From contig NC_058368.1 of the NCBI RefSeq assembly GCF_018350175.1, positions 144,896,001 through 144,960,000 of the forward strand: a stretch of DNA of 64,000 bases, in the 5' to 3' direction. The notes beneath the pieces were generated by a model, which was given only the letters and a program-made list of their open reading frames with translations, did not search any database and was not told where the DNA came from. The position numbers and the translations under genes are program-made. Positions 1-13,617 of this stretch are shown piece by piece. The DNA is from Felis catus (lineage: Eukaryota). The stretch's first letter is position 1. The number at the start of each line of letters is the position of its first letter.

Positions 1-330
1 TAATGGGAAAATATATTAGAGGAAACTACCCACAACCCTATATGGAAAGGTTTCATTATTTCTGGTAAGCTTTCTTTAGGCCACATCATAGAATTGACCC
101 TTTAGTGAATTAATGAAAGTCACAAACACCTGGAGTATATGGAACTTTGAGGGCAAGTTAGATACTGAAAAATAAGTTAAAATTCCTTAATAGATGGCGT
201 TATTTGGTGTAATAGAAACAACCATGCTCTTTGGGCTTGAAAGGACTTTTCAGTAAAAAACAAACCAAAATACTGTCAGTTTACTCCTTATCTGCACATC
301 TTAATTTTCAAACAAAAATTCACCCTATCA

Positions 331-543
331 GGGCTCCTGGGTAGCTCAGTTGGTTAAGTGTCTGACTCTTGATGTTGGTTCACATCATGGTCTCATGGTT
401 CGTGGGATTGAGCTCTGAGTTGGGCTCTGCGCTGATGGTGCAAAGCCTACTTGGGATTCTCTCTCCTCTCTCTCTGCCCCTTGCCTGCTCTCTCTCTCTC
501 TCTGTATCTCTCTCAAAAATAAATAAACTTAAAAAGAAAATTT
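331..543 (+). mobile_element. CAN-SINE
   Basis: tRNA head, (CT)n, AATAAA-A tail, imperfect TSD aaaaat..accctat. Confidence 0.9.
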
Positions 544-1084
544 AAAAAATGACCCTATAGTATGGAAAGTTTTTTAATATAGAAGATAATACCAGAAAGA
601 ATGCTTCCTGGGTTAAGAGTGATCCCAACAAAGCAAAAGTAAAGACTCATATATAAGAATTAAGATCTTTTAGGAATCATTTAGTATCTGTTAAAATGAA
701 GTTAGTATCAATCGTCTGTTTCTGTGGAGTGAAGTCCTGGTCCTCGTGTCCGCATCTCTTTACAGTTTTGTATAGACTATGTGGAGGCTGTGTTTATACA
801 TAAAAGACTCATTTTTAATTAAATAAATGAACCATGAAAACCAGGCTAAAAGTTGGCATTTGGCATTTGAAAATGGAAAAAAAATTAAAGGTTGCAAGGG
901 AAGGAAGAAAAAGGGAGTATGTTGTGAAAACGAGGCAGACACTATTGCTCATGTTTAGTTCATTTACACCAGTTCCATTTTATACTACACAGAAATTGAG
1001 GAGCTGAAAGTGTGTTACAAATTAGTGTGACTTCAGAAGACAGAAAATAGAATACTAAACAGGATAATATGGCATTTTGCTTAC

Positions 1085-1152
1085 ATGTTCATTCCGGGCA
1101 TTCCAGGGCCACCTAAAGCATTCAGTGGGGGTCTCATTGCACCTCCATAGTT
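1085..1152 (-). CDS. SSBP2: SSBP2 coding exon (about exon 9), [22 protein letters not shown](M), phase 0/2; short form
   Basis: ATTACAG|AAC TAT GGA GGT...ATG AAC AT|GTAAGC; 68 nt. Confidence 0.96.
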
Positions 1153-1176
1153 CTGTAATGATAACCAAGGGTCAGA
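1085..1176 (-). CDS. SSBP2: SSBP2 exon about 9, long form using an upstream acceptor; adds SDPWLSLQ (24 nt)
   Basis: Long pyrimidine tract then GGTAG|TCT GAC CCT TGG TTA TCA TTA CAG AAC; in frame; I recall this 8-aa insert from a longer human SSBP2 isoform. Confidence 0.85.
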
Positions 1177-1859
1177 CTACCACAAAACAAAAAAACAAAA
1201 CCAAAGAGGAGGGGGGAAAGAAAGGAGAGCAGGTTAATGATTTCCCTACATAACTCCTGATTGGATAAGGCCTGTGCAATTCTTTCTCTGAAGGGTCCAC
1301 TCTTGTACTAATGCTTCTATTTTAACAATTACTTTGCTCTGTGTCTTCTAAAAACTACATGACTATGTAAGATCATTGGGGCATGTTAAATGATTAAGGT
1401 ACAACTGCAATTATAATACTCAACATATCTTTATTAAGGTCCTAATATCTGTATAACAGTGAATGTTTACAAATAAAACATTTTATAAATCCAAAACTCT
1501 ACTTTTAAAGAAAAAGACTTAGTTAACATGTTTGAAATTGTCAGACCCAGAACAATTCCATAAAATCTGAAGGAAAAAAAACAGACTGGTGAACCCAACA
1601 AGAAAGTTGAATGCAAACTATTTCTGCTTACAAAATAATACATCCTATAGAGAAATGCACTAATACAAACATGTACAACAATATATGAAAACTAAAGTAT
1701 GTATACATGAATCATATCACTCAATAGGCTTCTGTCAATTTCTCTTATGTATATTCAAAGGAGAAAAACATTTTAATGTTTTAACATGCATATCATATTA
1801 GCTTACTTTAGTTTCCATTAGGGCCAAAAGATTTATTTTAACATTCTTACGTTAATATA

Positions 1860-3020
1860 TTTTGACACTATCAACTGCTTTCATGCTTGGCTTTCTCACA
1901 GCACTTTATCTCCAACCTTTCTGACTACTCTTTTTCAATTTCCTTTGCTGGCTCCTTTTATTTTGCACTCTTTAAAAGTTGCTTTTCTCCAAGTTCTAGC
2001 CGTAGCATTCCTTTAAATAAATACACACTTACAGGTAATTTTATCTGGTACCATTAGTTCAACAATGATTTAGGAATCCCAAATGTGTTAAATTTTGTCA
2101 TAATATCTCTCCTAAACTCCTGAAAACTCCTATATTGAACTTCATTTGGACTGTTTCTAACTGGATACCACTTCATGTTCAACATATCTAAAAGTAAACT
2201 CAATGTTCTCTTCTCACAACTGCATTCTTTCTACTATTTCTTCAGTCAGTTCTGCGGCATCACCTGCTGTACAACAGTCTAGGCTAAGAACCTCTGGGAG
2301 CTCAATTATGTCTCTTCCTTTTATTTCAATTCCCGAATCCAGTCAGTTACCAAAGTGTATTGATTCCACCTGTGAAATAGTTCTTGAAATAGTGCTTTCC
2401 TTCATATCACTAATCTTTGTCATTTACTGAGACTAATGTACTGTCTTCATTGGTCTCTCTGACTTAGCCTTTCCCCTCTCCCAATTTATTCTTCATGCTG
2501 CCTCCAGAACTATGCTTCTAAGGGTGCCTGGGTGGTTCAGTCAGTTAAGCGTCCAACTTCAGCTCAGGTCATGATCTCGTGGTCTGTGAGTTCAAGCCCC
2601 GCGTCGGGCTCTGTACTGACAGCTCAGAGTCTGGAGCCTGCTTCAGATTCTGTGTCTCCCTCTCTCTGCCCAACCCGCCCCCCCACCTCCCACCTGCTCA
2701 CATGCATGCACTCTCTCTTTCTCTCAAAAATAAATAAACATTAAAAAAATTAAAACTCATTCCTATTTATGTCACTTAAGAGCCATGATGACCCACACTG
2801 CCTATCAAATGTTTATTCCTTAGCATGGCTCCATCATGGTATTTGCAGATCAGCCCTAGGCTGTATTTCCTGTATTCATTTCCTATTATCTTCACCTTCT
2901 TCCCCTACTCCCAACTATACCCTCCAGCCTACTGGATTTCTTGTAGTTCAGAAACACGCAATACACTTTTACACTCATGGTAACTCCTAGCATGGCCTTT
3001 TGTGTAGTAGGTACTAAGAT
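1860..3020 (+). mobile_element. LINE-2 fragment, interrupted by a SINE
   Basis: L2-like pyrimidine-rich motifs (ttcaacatatctaaa, ccagtcagttaccaaag). Confidence 0.5.
2522..2755 (+). mobile_element. CAN-SINE (felid)
   Basis: gggtgcctgggtggttcagtcagttaagcg head, CT tract, A tail. Confidence 0.92.
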
Positions 3021-4642
3021 GACAAGGAAATACTCAATGAGACTGTCAACTCCAGAGAGTAAACCACAGTGTATAAATGACCTAGTTACATGTTCTTCTC
3101 ATTGTTTATTACCTTTTAATTTCAAGAAATCTTACTTAAACATCCCAATTGTATGTGCTATGGGACAGAAAGGTTTCTATCCATTAGAAACCTGAGTCAT
3201 TAGTTAAACTGATAGTCATTTCCCTTAACCTCTGGACCAAGCATGGCAGTGGCACCAGCAGTATTACCAAGAAGTCTGAGAAGAAAGTTAGCCATTGGAA
3301 ATAAAATCTGGATGGTAAAGTATAATAGAAATGCTTCAAAAGAAAAGTATCCCTTCATTTTTGGTCTTAGAAGATCTATTTCATTTTATCAAGGGAAACA
3401 TTAGTTTTCTTTATCGCTCTGGATATAGAAAGATATTGGTTTGAACGTTTGTTGCCACTGCCCCATTTCCTCTGCCCCTCTTTCTATATGTGTGATCATG
3501 GGCCAATACTTGTCCCAATTGTCCACTCAGCCTTAATTTCCTTATCATGTCTTCTAAAAGCTTGTTGGAAGACAAAACAAAATCATCTAAAACAGCTATC
3601 ATAGTGCTCGGTGCATTAAAAGCATGACACCACATGCTCAAACACTGTAGCTGCTCTTGCTTGTCGCCATTAATAAGGGACCAACTTAAATGAGCCCTCT
3701 TCTCACCAGCTTCTCTTGAGCCCTCAACTGTAACAGAATTATATGCTTGTTTGTGTAATGATTCCCTGACAGAGTATGCATATTTCTTTTCTATATTTTT
3801 TTTCTACTATATGATAGTTTTTCTTTATATATTTGTGTCTCCTAGTAAACAATAAGTACCTTGAAGGTAGAATCTGTTTTATTCATCTTGGTATATCCAG
3901 TGCTCAAGTATCACAGGAAATGAGTAAGAAATTATCCAATACATAATTTGATAGATTTACAAAATATTTTCATTTTGTGAATAATCTGAAGCAAAAGAAA
4001 ACAGGAAGATAAGAAAGAATAACAACTGGCTTTTCAAGTGGTATCAACAAAGGCAGAATGGTAAGAGCTAATTTAGAATCACTGAATTTTAAAGCGGATG
4101 GCAGCTATACAATTCCATCTGGTTTAATCTCTTTCCCAATGCAATGTTCCTGACAAAATGGCTGTTCAGATTCTGCTTGGAAAGTTTATAAAGAGTTTCT
4201 CCATGATTGGGTAGTTTACTTTCTAGAAAGTTCTTCCCTTTACTGAACTGAATTCTACCTCCTATCTTAAATTTGAAAATAAAGAAAAAGTTAACTCTCT
4301 TTACATGACAACTTACTATGTATTCCCATCTCACTATTTCTCCACTCCAGCCAGGTATTTGATTTGGAAATCATGATATGTTCCTACCTGTATACAACTC
4401 ATTTATCCTTCAGATTTCTGGAGGAACTAGAACTAACTATATAGTCTTGGCAAATTTTTCTGTTAGTCATATGGAACCTGGTGAGCATAAGAACACAGAC
4501 AAGCTAAGTATATCTTATTACAAAAGCAAGTAGAAAAACGTCTTCAGATATGGTATTAAGATATTTTTCTTGATTAAATGGATAACTGTATATATTATCC
4601 CTGAACTTAAATTTAAAATAGGTAAAGGCGGGGCGGGGTGGG

Positions 4643-4869
4643 GGGGTGCCTGGGTGACTCAGTCGGTTAAGCATCTGACTTCGGCTCAGGTCATGATCTC
4701 ACGGCTTGTGAGTTCAAGCCCCGCATCGGGCTGTGTGCTGACAGCTCGGAGCCTGGAGCCTGCTTCTGATTCTGTCTCCCTGTCTCTCTGTTCCTCCCCT
4801 GTTCATGCTCTGTCTCTCCCTCTATCTCAGAAATAAAAATAAAACATTAAAATAAAAAAAATAAAAAAA
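4643..4869 (+). mobile_element. CAN-SINE (felid)
   Basis: Full structure; TSD taaaataggtaaagg at 4614-4628 and 4870-4884. Confidence 0.92.
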
Positions 4870-6050
4870 TAAAATAGGTAAAGGGGTGGGAAAAATATGT
4901 CAAGATTTAGAGCTGATGTTATTTCTTCATTCATGTGATAAACATTAAGCACATGTTTACTATAATGTAGGTGTGATCTGCCTAAATCAGCCTTATCTAA
5001 GAATCCTTAGATTATATATATTTCTTTGTTTTAGGAATTCAATTGTTCTAACAGATAACTACTGTCCTTCTCCATTACACTTGTCTTAAGCTCAAAATAT
5101 TATGGAAATGAGATCTATAATAAAAAAAAAAGAGTTGTATTTTATGTTTGTGTAAAAGACTAGAAACAATATTACAGAGAGTATTTCCATAATTTAACTA
5201 GAAAAAAGCAGATGCATTCTGTTCTTGGTTAGCATCTGTATGGTTAAATACCTGCTATGAGAATTGTTTTTCTCATTATCTTTCAAGAAACACAGATAAC
5301 TTTTACAAACCTCATGGTTTATAATGCCTATGTTTCATATGTCAGGTGTTATAGATAAATATCTCAAAAGAATCCTTCATTCCAAATTATGTTACCTCAC
5401 ATTTTACCTATTCTGCCACTCATATTAATAGGATTCCTTTTCATTCAAGTAATGGCATGTATAAATAATTTCCTTTAACCATTGACACTCTGTATACTGT
5501 GATTTAAAGACGTTAATGTAGGTAGTAGTTCTTGTTTCTGAAGTAAATTCAAAGCAAAACATTTTATCTACCTCAAACTATGAAGATATAAATAGCAAGG
5601 ATATTAATCCAAATGGCAGAAATAAACTACTCTGATTTTGAAAATACAAAGAAAGAATTCACACTTACATGATAAACTTGGGTATTAAAACTCATCAATA
5701 AGAGATTACATACCAGAAATCTACTCATTTACTTTTTTATTATAATTTACTTATAACACAAAACACATAAACAGCTAGGTATTTATAAAACATAAAGACC
5801 AGTATGCTTTCTCTTTCTGCATTTCCAAATGAGATCTAAGTGCGCATATAACTTAAGTAACCATTGTTTTATCTTTCAAACACTGCAAAACTGACCCTTA
5901 AATCAGACTCTAGTTTTTAAAAGTATTGAAAATATTGGTTTGGGAGGACAAAAGTTTAAAGAGCCGCTACTTTAAAAATCAGTGAACTGAATGAAGAACG
6001 GTAACTAAATTGCAGGCACCACATTTTTATATATATTTAAAATGTATCTA

Positions 6051-6260
6051 GGGGCGCCTGGGTGGTTCAGTTGGTTTAGTGTCCGACTTCAGCTTAGGTC
6101 ATGATCTCATGCTTCATGAGTTTGAACCCCTTGTCAGGTTCTGTGCTGACAGTGCAGAGCCTGGAAACTGCTTCGGATTCTGTGTCTCCTTCTCTCTGTC
6201 CCTCCCCTACTTGTTCTCTATCTCTGTCTCTCTCTCAAAAATAAATAGACATTTAAAAAA
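6051..6260 (+). mobile_element. CAN-SINE (felid)
   Basis: Full structure; TSD aaaatgtatcta. Confidence 0.92.
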
Positions 6261-6645
6261 AAAATGTATCTATTATGAAATTTTGGGGGGAAAATCCTTC
6301 AAGTTCTGTATAGTCAAACTGGCTTAGTTCATTAAAAACTAAAATATATATTGAGTCAATAAAATATCCGGTAGATCTTACGAATTCTAATTGATATTAA
6401 TAGCTTCTGATGGTTGATCACATACATCATCAACCCTAACATGAATAGACATAGGGGAAAATGATTTAAATATCTAAATCAGTTTTATAAGATCTTAAGA
6501 AAATACTAGGAAATAAATGAGACTAAATAAATAATTTCTTTCTGACTCTGAGGGTGTCAAATATTTACATATTAGGTTTTATTTTTTAATGAAATATAGT
6601 ATCTTTGAAAATTTTGGTTATATGGTCTTTGTGTTTCAATACACT

Positions 6646-6840
6646 TATATATATATATATAATTATATATATATACATGTATATATATAACTGTGTGTAT
6701 ATATATATAATTGTATGTATATATGTGTGTATATATATACATATATATTTATACATATATATAATTGTATGTATATATATATATATATATATATATGAGT
6801 GTGTGTGTGTGTGTATATATATATATACCTATATAATTAT
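6646..6840. repeat. Compound (TA)n/(TG)n microsatellite
   Basis: About 190 nt of mostly alternating purine-pyrimidine sequence. Confidence 0.95.
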
Positions 6841-7831
6841 AATGTTGGTTGGAAACTCCTAGGTCTAACTCATATTATCTCAGTGTTAGATTCTTGATTT
6901 TCTGACTCCTTTGGGCACACAACAAAATATTAATTTTTAAAAAGTAGATACATAAAACAAGTTCCTAAAACTGTCACTTATAAAGCTATTCTTGGAAAGA
7001 ATAAAGAAAATAAATTAATTCACTCTTTTAGCCAGTATTATGACATACTAACCTCTGACCCATCAGATAGAAATTTAAAATTCTGGATTTAGGGCTAGCT
7101 TCCTTGAAACATAACATTATAACATTAATTTCTACTTCATGCAGTTTTCCTAAGAGAGACAAAAGGATGTTTTACCAAAAATAACTGCTATTCTATAACA
7201 CCATATTTAAAAAAAATATATGTCACCAACAGGTAGGACAGATTCAAACTCATATTGTGTACTTCTGGGAAATTTTGATAGAGAAGAAGGCTAACATCTG
7301 ATATACACTGATAGGATTACGCTTGTTCACTAACACCCATTTTAATGTTTATTTCTAAATAGCTATTATGTTCATATTCTATGAATATGAATATAATAAA
7401 TTGCCAATGGCATTCTTTAAAAGACTTCTAGAAATATATTTTATGCTGCTTATTCTATTTAATAGCTTAGCTCAATTGCATTTTATTTAACTTATATGCT
7501 TATCTTTTATAATAATTATTACAATATTTTTATATTTCCTCAGCAAAGTTAACAAAAAGGTAATTAGTAGTTATTTTTTATAATAATTACTTTATTGTAT
7601 TTCTACATATTTTTTCAAATGTACTAAAGGCATATGTGATAGCACTCTTAAAATATGGTTTGTTGTCACATCATTTTGGACATGTCACAGATATTCTGTT
7701 CCTCAAGAACCTAATAATTATGTTATATCAAGCCTTTAATGCATATACTAAAAGCCAGCAAATGATATAGTTTGTTTATAGAAGATGAAGGCAAAAAACT
7801 CAGCATCTAGCTTTTTGTGCTGATTATTTAC

Positions 7832-7902
7832 CTGTGGTCCTAAGGGCACCATTCCTCTTGGAGGAGTCATTCTCTGCATTGGCCCACCCATATTTGGATG
7901 TC
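7832..7902 (-). CDS. SSBP2: SSBP2 coding exon (about exon 8), (G)[23 protein letters not shown], phase 1/0
   Basis: T13-AAAG|GA CAT CCA...CCA CAG|GTAAAT; 71 nt; seen within ORF 7748..7993; phase matches the previous exon. Confidence 0.97.
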
Positions 7903-8633
7903 CTTTAAAAAAAAAAAAAGGTATGAAGATACTAGCAAAGTAATGAGCATGAGTGCTAAACCAGGAGCCAGTAGCCTCCTCTCTGCTTGACATTAAATCT
8001 TACTTAGTAAGGGACTGGGTTATTGACATCATCTCATCTTGGCTTCCATGGCTACTTTTTTGCCTCTTACTGCTACTTGCCTACACTCTCCATTCACTGA
8101 GATTAAATTCTTCTTCCTAGTCTGTACTGAAATACATCTCTCATATGATTTGCTTCTTTTACCTTGGAACAGTGTATTAGAGCCATACCTATCTGTGGTA
8201 CCTAAACATCTCTGTTGGAAGGACCGAATTATTAATTTGTTAAAATAATCGAGCTACTGTTGCTTAGCATTTTCTTTCCTCCTGCTCATCTTTCAGATGG
8301 ACTAACCTATCTGAAAAAGGCAGAAGATATCATACGTGATGTAATCATTTAAATTTCCATTTGTTAGAAGTTATATAAAAGGTTTTAGAAGTTATTAGTT
8401 AAAATATGGATTTTGGATATTTAATTACTATTTCTTTTATTATTACTACCCTCACTATCATGCATAATTGTGAGAATTAAGCTGAAAATACAAGTCATTT
8501 GGCCATGTTACCTGCAAAAATGCAACTGGGATAATTATAGAACATATATACAAATAAGACTGTCCTTAAAAAATAAAGGATTTCCTTTGAGATTCTGCAT
8601 GTCAATTTCACTTTTTTACTTTAAAGTAATCAC

Positions 8634-8700
8634 CTTGTTGTCGAGTTGGGTCCATTCCACTTGGAAGTAATGGCTGACTTCCTGGGACACCACCAAGTGC
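8634..8700 (-). CDS. SSBP2: SSBP2 coding exon (about exon 7), [22 protein letters not shown](G), phase 0/1
   Basis: ATGCTAG|GCA CTT GGT...CAA CAA G|GTGATT; 67 nt. Confidence 0.97.
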
Positions 8701-9971
8701 CTAGCATATTTTGTAAAAGAAAACAAAAAGAAATGTTGTAAATAATTATAAAATACACACTTTAACAATTCTCTTTTTAAATTCCTATAATTACAGAATA
8801 CATTTGAGTATTTTGCAAGATTTCTTATATTTCACATTAATTTATAAATTTTATAGCCCTATATCCCTATATAAGCTCTTAGTTCTAAAAAGATTCTACC
8901 TTGCCCAATTTTGTGGTAAATAAAGTAAGTACTTCTTGGGAACAAATATCTAGGCAAAAATTGCCCTATTTCTTCCTGAGAAGTATTATGCCTTTCCCCA
9001 AAATTAATTTACTAACGGTACGAAAATAACTGTTTTCGCTTCTTGAATGTAATCTCTCTACATTCTACAGATTATTTTACTCATTTGAAATTATAATAGC
9101 AGCAGGACTAAAATACCAAGGGGCCAATGAATTTTTTGGGGGGTACATTTTTCCCTAAGAAACTATTTAGAAAAATAATACTCTATAGTTAAGTTCAAAC
9201 AATTTGGCCGAATGGAAAAAAGAAAACTAGAACTGAAAAAGGTGGAGAGATTAACAGACAGTGTTTATTTTATGAAAGGTGTGCTACTGGATATATACTG
9301 AATCAAAAGTTTCTAACAGTTGTCTGAGCAGCACTTAGAGCTGGGCCAAACCGTACATGATTCAAATTTTCTGATCCTATGAAGTATACGTGTATTCATT
9401 CATATGTACATGTAAGCCTGATAATTGGCAAGAATTTCTATAAAGGTCCACTAATTTAACCTACAGCAGAATAAATCTTGTCTAATTAGTTAAAAATTTC
9501 AAAAGAAATTCAACATAAAAAAATAAATATCTGATCAGAACTGTTTTCTTAATTGTTATCACTTGGGATACAGTAGAGAGCTGCCATTCTTAAGCCATTT
9601 TTGAAATTCTTTCAATTTTATTTTCTTACAAGCATACCGAATATATATGCTACTATATGCCCTGTTCTCTGCTTACCTTACTAGCCTAATTTCTTGCCAC
9701 TACCACACTTGCTAACTTCCAGCCATAGAAAACTTCCTTCAGTTTTTTTCAATTCATGCATTTAATCAATAATACCTAAATGCCAACCATTAAAAACAAA
9801 ACAAAAGTAAACTAAAACGAAACAATCTCTCTTCTCAAGAAGCTCAATAAAGGGTGCCCCTTGCTGACATATTTCAGATCTCAGTTTAGGGATCACTTCC
9901 TAACAAAATTCTTCCATTTAGCCCAATTCTGGTATAAGTTCTCCATTTGCTGTAAGATAACGTATATGTAT

Positions 9972-11480
9972 TTTTTTAATTTTCAAATTTACAGAAACAG
10001 TACAAAGGATTCCCATATATTCTGACACCAATTGCCCAACTGTTAACATTTCCCTGCATCTGCCCCATTACCCTTTCTCTTTCTCTCTATACACTTGTTA
10101 TCCTCACTCTTTTTCAGAACTGTGTGAGAGCAAGCTACAGATATTATGCCTCATCACCTCTAAGTACTGCTGAGTATAGTTCTCTAAACAAGGACATTCC
10201 TGTACATAACCATAACACAACTTTCCAAGACAGGAAATCCACATTGATATAACACTACCATCCAAGCCACAGATCTCAATCAAATTTTGCCATTTGTCTC
10301 AGCAATGTTCCTTTTTACTTTCTGTGGCCAGGATCTCATGGACCACATGTTGCATTTAACTGTAATATTTCTTCATCCTCTCCCAAGCAAGAATTATTCC
10401 TTAGTCTCTGTCGTGTTAACAGTTCTAGAGAATGGATCTTAAATTCTATGGGATGATCTTCTGACGCCTCTTCATGCTCCAGACTTTGGTCCTATTGTCT
10501 TAAAAGGAATACTGCAGCAATGACGCTGTGCTCTTCTCAGTGAAACTCATCAGAGGCACATCATGCTTACTCATCCCATTACTGGGATGTTAACCTTACT
10601 CATCTCATCTTGTCAGTGTCTCCCAGGTTTGTACACCATAAGGTCATTACTTTTACTCTTTGTAATTGATTAATTTTAATGTTAGAGCTATTCTAAGATT
10701 GTTAGCATCCCATTCATCATCAATAGTTTATCAACCCACCAGCATCCACTGACAACTCCTAAGTACTAGGATAGTTGCCAAATGGAGATATTCCATCTAT
10801 CATTCTTTCTATGCTGTTTAATTGGCATATACTGTAAGGAACAGCTCTTTCTTTTCTTTTCTTTCTTTCTTTCTCTTTTTTCTTTCTTTCTTTTCTTTTT
10901 CTTCCTATTTTACTCAATGGTTGTAATCTATTACTATCATCACTTCTTTTAATATTCAAGATTTGCCCAGTGTTCAAATATTCAAGATGGCTCCGGTGAT
11001 CTTTTGACACAACCTCATCATATTTTGAGCATTTTCTTCCTGGCACAAGATGGTTCAAGTTCATCTCATATTTTTTCTAGCCTAGCTCTGAAATCAGACC
11101 TTACTTCAAAGGGTCCAGGGCCCTGATTCCTTCTAGTGGAGGACAACATGTAGACATCAAGATCTGAGATCTCAGAGTGCTCGTTGTAACTTTGGTACAT
11201 TGCCTTTTGGCTCTGCCAGTAGATGCTGCACTCAAAAATCTATGTGTGTATGTACACACATTTATATGCACACAGATATACATCTCTAACTCCATATCTG
11301 TGTGTATGTGGTACACACATACCATAAATTCATATTCTCCAACACCAAGTCAATGGCTCCAATTCCAATGTAAAACCTCAGGATTATATTTAATCTTCTT
11401 CGTTTTTATGTTCAAATGTTTTCTCTAACAGTGGGAAACCAGGCTTTCATTGTCTTCAATATTTTTTTTTCTGAAAGTAT
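9972..11480 (-). mobile_element. Ancient L1MC-type 3' region
   Basis: Degenerate L1MC-like motifs (ttcaaatttacagaaa, aaggacattc..tacataaccataa, ttccttctagtggag). Confidence 0.6.
10846..10904. repeat. TC-rich (TTTC)n-like tract
   Basis: Direct reading. Confidence 0.85.
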
Positions 11481-11612
11481 TTATTTGCTCGGTATAACAG
11501 ATCTCCCAACTATAACAACCATTTCTTCTTTTTGTCACCTCTGGGCCACTCCTTCCTTCCTCCCTGAATGTCTTAGCATACAGGGGAGGTAAGGGCTTGT
11601 TATATGCGTAAA

Positions 11613-11810
11613 TTTTTTTTTAATGTTTGTTTATTTTTGAGAGAGTGAGAGACAGGGACAGAGAGACACAGGGAGAGAGAGAATTCCAAGTAGGCTCCGC
11701 TCTGGCAGCTCAAAGCCTGATGTGGGTTTCAAACTCACAAACCATGAGATCATGACCTGAGCTGAAATCAAGAATTGGACGTTTAACTGACTGAGCCATC
11801 CAGGTGCCAC
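11613..11810 (-). mobile_element. CAN-SINE
   Basis: T tail, (GA)n, ends ctgagccatccaggtgcc. Confidence 0.9.
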
Positions 11811-12071
11811 TTATGTACTTTACTTTCATAGAACTTAAATACAATCACGGCTCATTTTTCTTTCTGTATCTCCAAAAGACTGTAAACTCTGAGGAAGTGT
11901 AGAACCTATTGTGCCTTCTGGTTCAGAGAAGTATTTACTGAAGGACTAAAAGAAATAAAGTTTAGATTGGGCAATTTTAGGAATCATCAGTGATAAAATC
12001 CTAAGAATGAAACTGATTTCAAAGAGAAGAAAAAAGATCAACAATATAATTCTTTAAAAATACTAAGGAGA

Positions 12072-12300
12072 GGGAGGCCTGGATGGCTCAATTGGTTAAG
12101 CATCCCACTTCAACTCAGGTCATGATCTCATGGCTGATAAATTCAAGCCCCGCATTGGGCTCTGTGCTGACAGCTCAGGGCCTGGAACCTGCTTCGGATT
12201 CTGTGTCTCCCTCTCTCTCTGCCCCTCCCCCATTCACACTCTGTCTCTCTGTCTCTCCCTCTCTCTCTCTCAAAAATAAACATTTAAAAAAATTAAAAAA
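12072..12300 (+). mobile_element. CAN-SINE (felid)
   Basis: Full structure; TSD aaaaatacYaaggagagg. Confidence 0.92.
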
Positions 12301-13196
12301 AAATACCAAGGAGAGGTAGGAAAGAAAACTGAAACTGAATAGGTATGAAATTAGAAAGTGGACTAAGACCAAAATTCCAGAATGCACAAGGTAAGTTTTA
12401 AAAAGGCAGAAGTAGTCAACACTGTCAAAAGTTATGTAAAAAATGAATTTGGAACACTGAAAATATGTGACTAATTAGCATTATCTTCAATTGTGAGTCT
12501 GGAATTCTTGCTTTTTTTTAGGTCCCCAAATGGTTATACTCTGGACTTTGATTTCTGAATTTCTAAATCTCATTAAAGGCATCATGTTTTAGCCCTGGAA
12601 ACCATTTTCTTCAAAATTTTACTTTTTGTTGTTTATCTTAGAATATCAGAATAGTTGACAAGTCTTTTAGTTTCTATTCATCACTTAAAAATACAGATAA
12701 TCTCGATCAATATCAAGTTGTCTTTCAAAATGAGTGTCCTTTTTCTAAATTTAACTCTTTAGTCATCAGTGTTTGTCTTTTGTTAAGTCAGATTTCTAAC
12801 TTTTAAAAAATTTTTATCAGTCCTGGGATTACCAGATGATGGTTTTGGGTATAAACAAGACCATAATTGTTACATTTCTTAAAAACTTTAATATCAGGAA
12901 AAATAAATTTATACATTTTGGGGTTGATATTATTTTCATATTTTCTACCATGCTAATTACATTCTATTAGGATTTGTTTAACTAGTCACAAATTTTGGCA
13001 CAGTCTTTGTTCTATAAAAGATCTTCACTCGGATAGAGAAAATAACACTAATGATAAGGATGTTTAATAATAACAAACAGTATCAATAATAATATACACT
13101 TGTGGTTCTTTATATTTATTATTTAACTCAATGCTTACAACATCTCATGAAGTTATTATTATTAATCCTTCCTGATGAGAAGAAACAGATTTAATA

Positions 13197-13617
13197 CAGG
13201 AGTCTTCCCTTATCTATGGTTTCACTTTCTGTAGTTTTAGTTACCATGGTCTACCTTGGTCCCGAAACAGAAGAGCAGCCTAAAAGCTATGCCACAGTGA
13301 CCACGTCATTCACCTCACATCATCTCATCATGTAGGCATGTGATCATCTCACATCATCATAAAAAAAGTGAGTACAGTACAATAAGATATTTTGAGAGAG
13401 AATGTACCACATGCATAAAACTTTCACCATTTTTATACTTGTTACATTTTATTATTGTTGTTATACAACTCTACCTCATTTATAAATTAAATTTTATCAT
13501 AGGTATGTTTGCATAGGAAGAAATCATAGTATATAAACAATTAGGTACTATCCGTGGTTCTCACGCATCTACTGGGGATCTTGGAAGATATCCTTTATAG
13601 ATAAGGGAGCACCACTA
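13197..13617 (+). mobile_element. MER44-like Tigger non-autonomous element, inserted in a MIR
   Basis: Degenerate TIRs caggagtcttcccttatct / gataagggagcaccacta, preceded by TA; body resembles the MER44 consensus as recalled. Confidence 0.8.

Noticed and set aside
4626..4655. G-run cluster resembling a G-quadruplex or GC box
   Set aside because: Junction of a SINE head with its target site; no CpG island or promoter context.
6605..6862. Ile/Tyr-rich ORF
   Set aside because: Translation of the TA/TG microsatellite.
7364..7398. 16-bp stem hairpin tattatgttcatattc / gaatatgaatataata
   Set aside because: Short and very AT-rich; plausible by chance or local slippage, with no other support.
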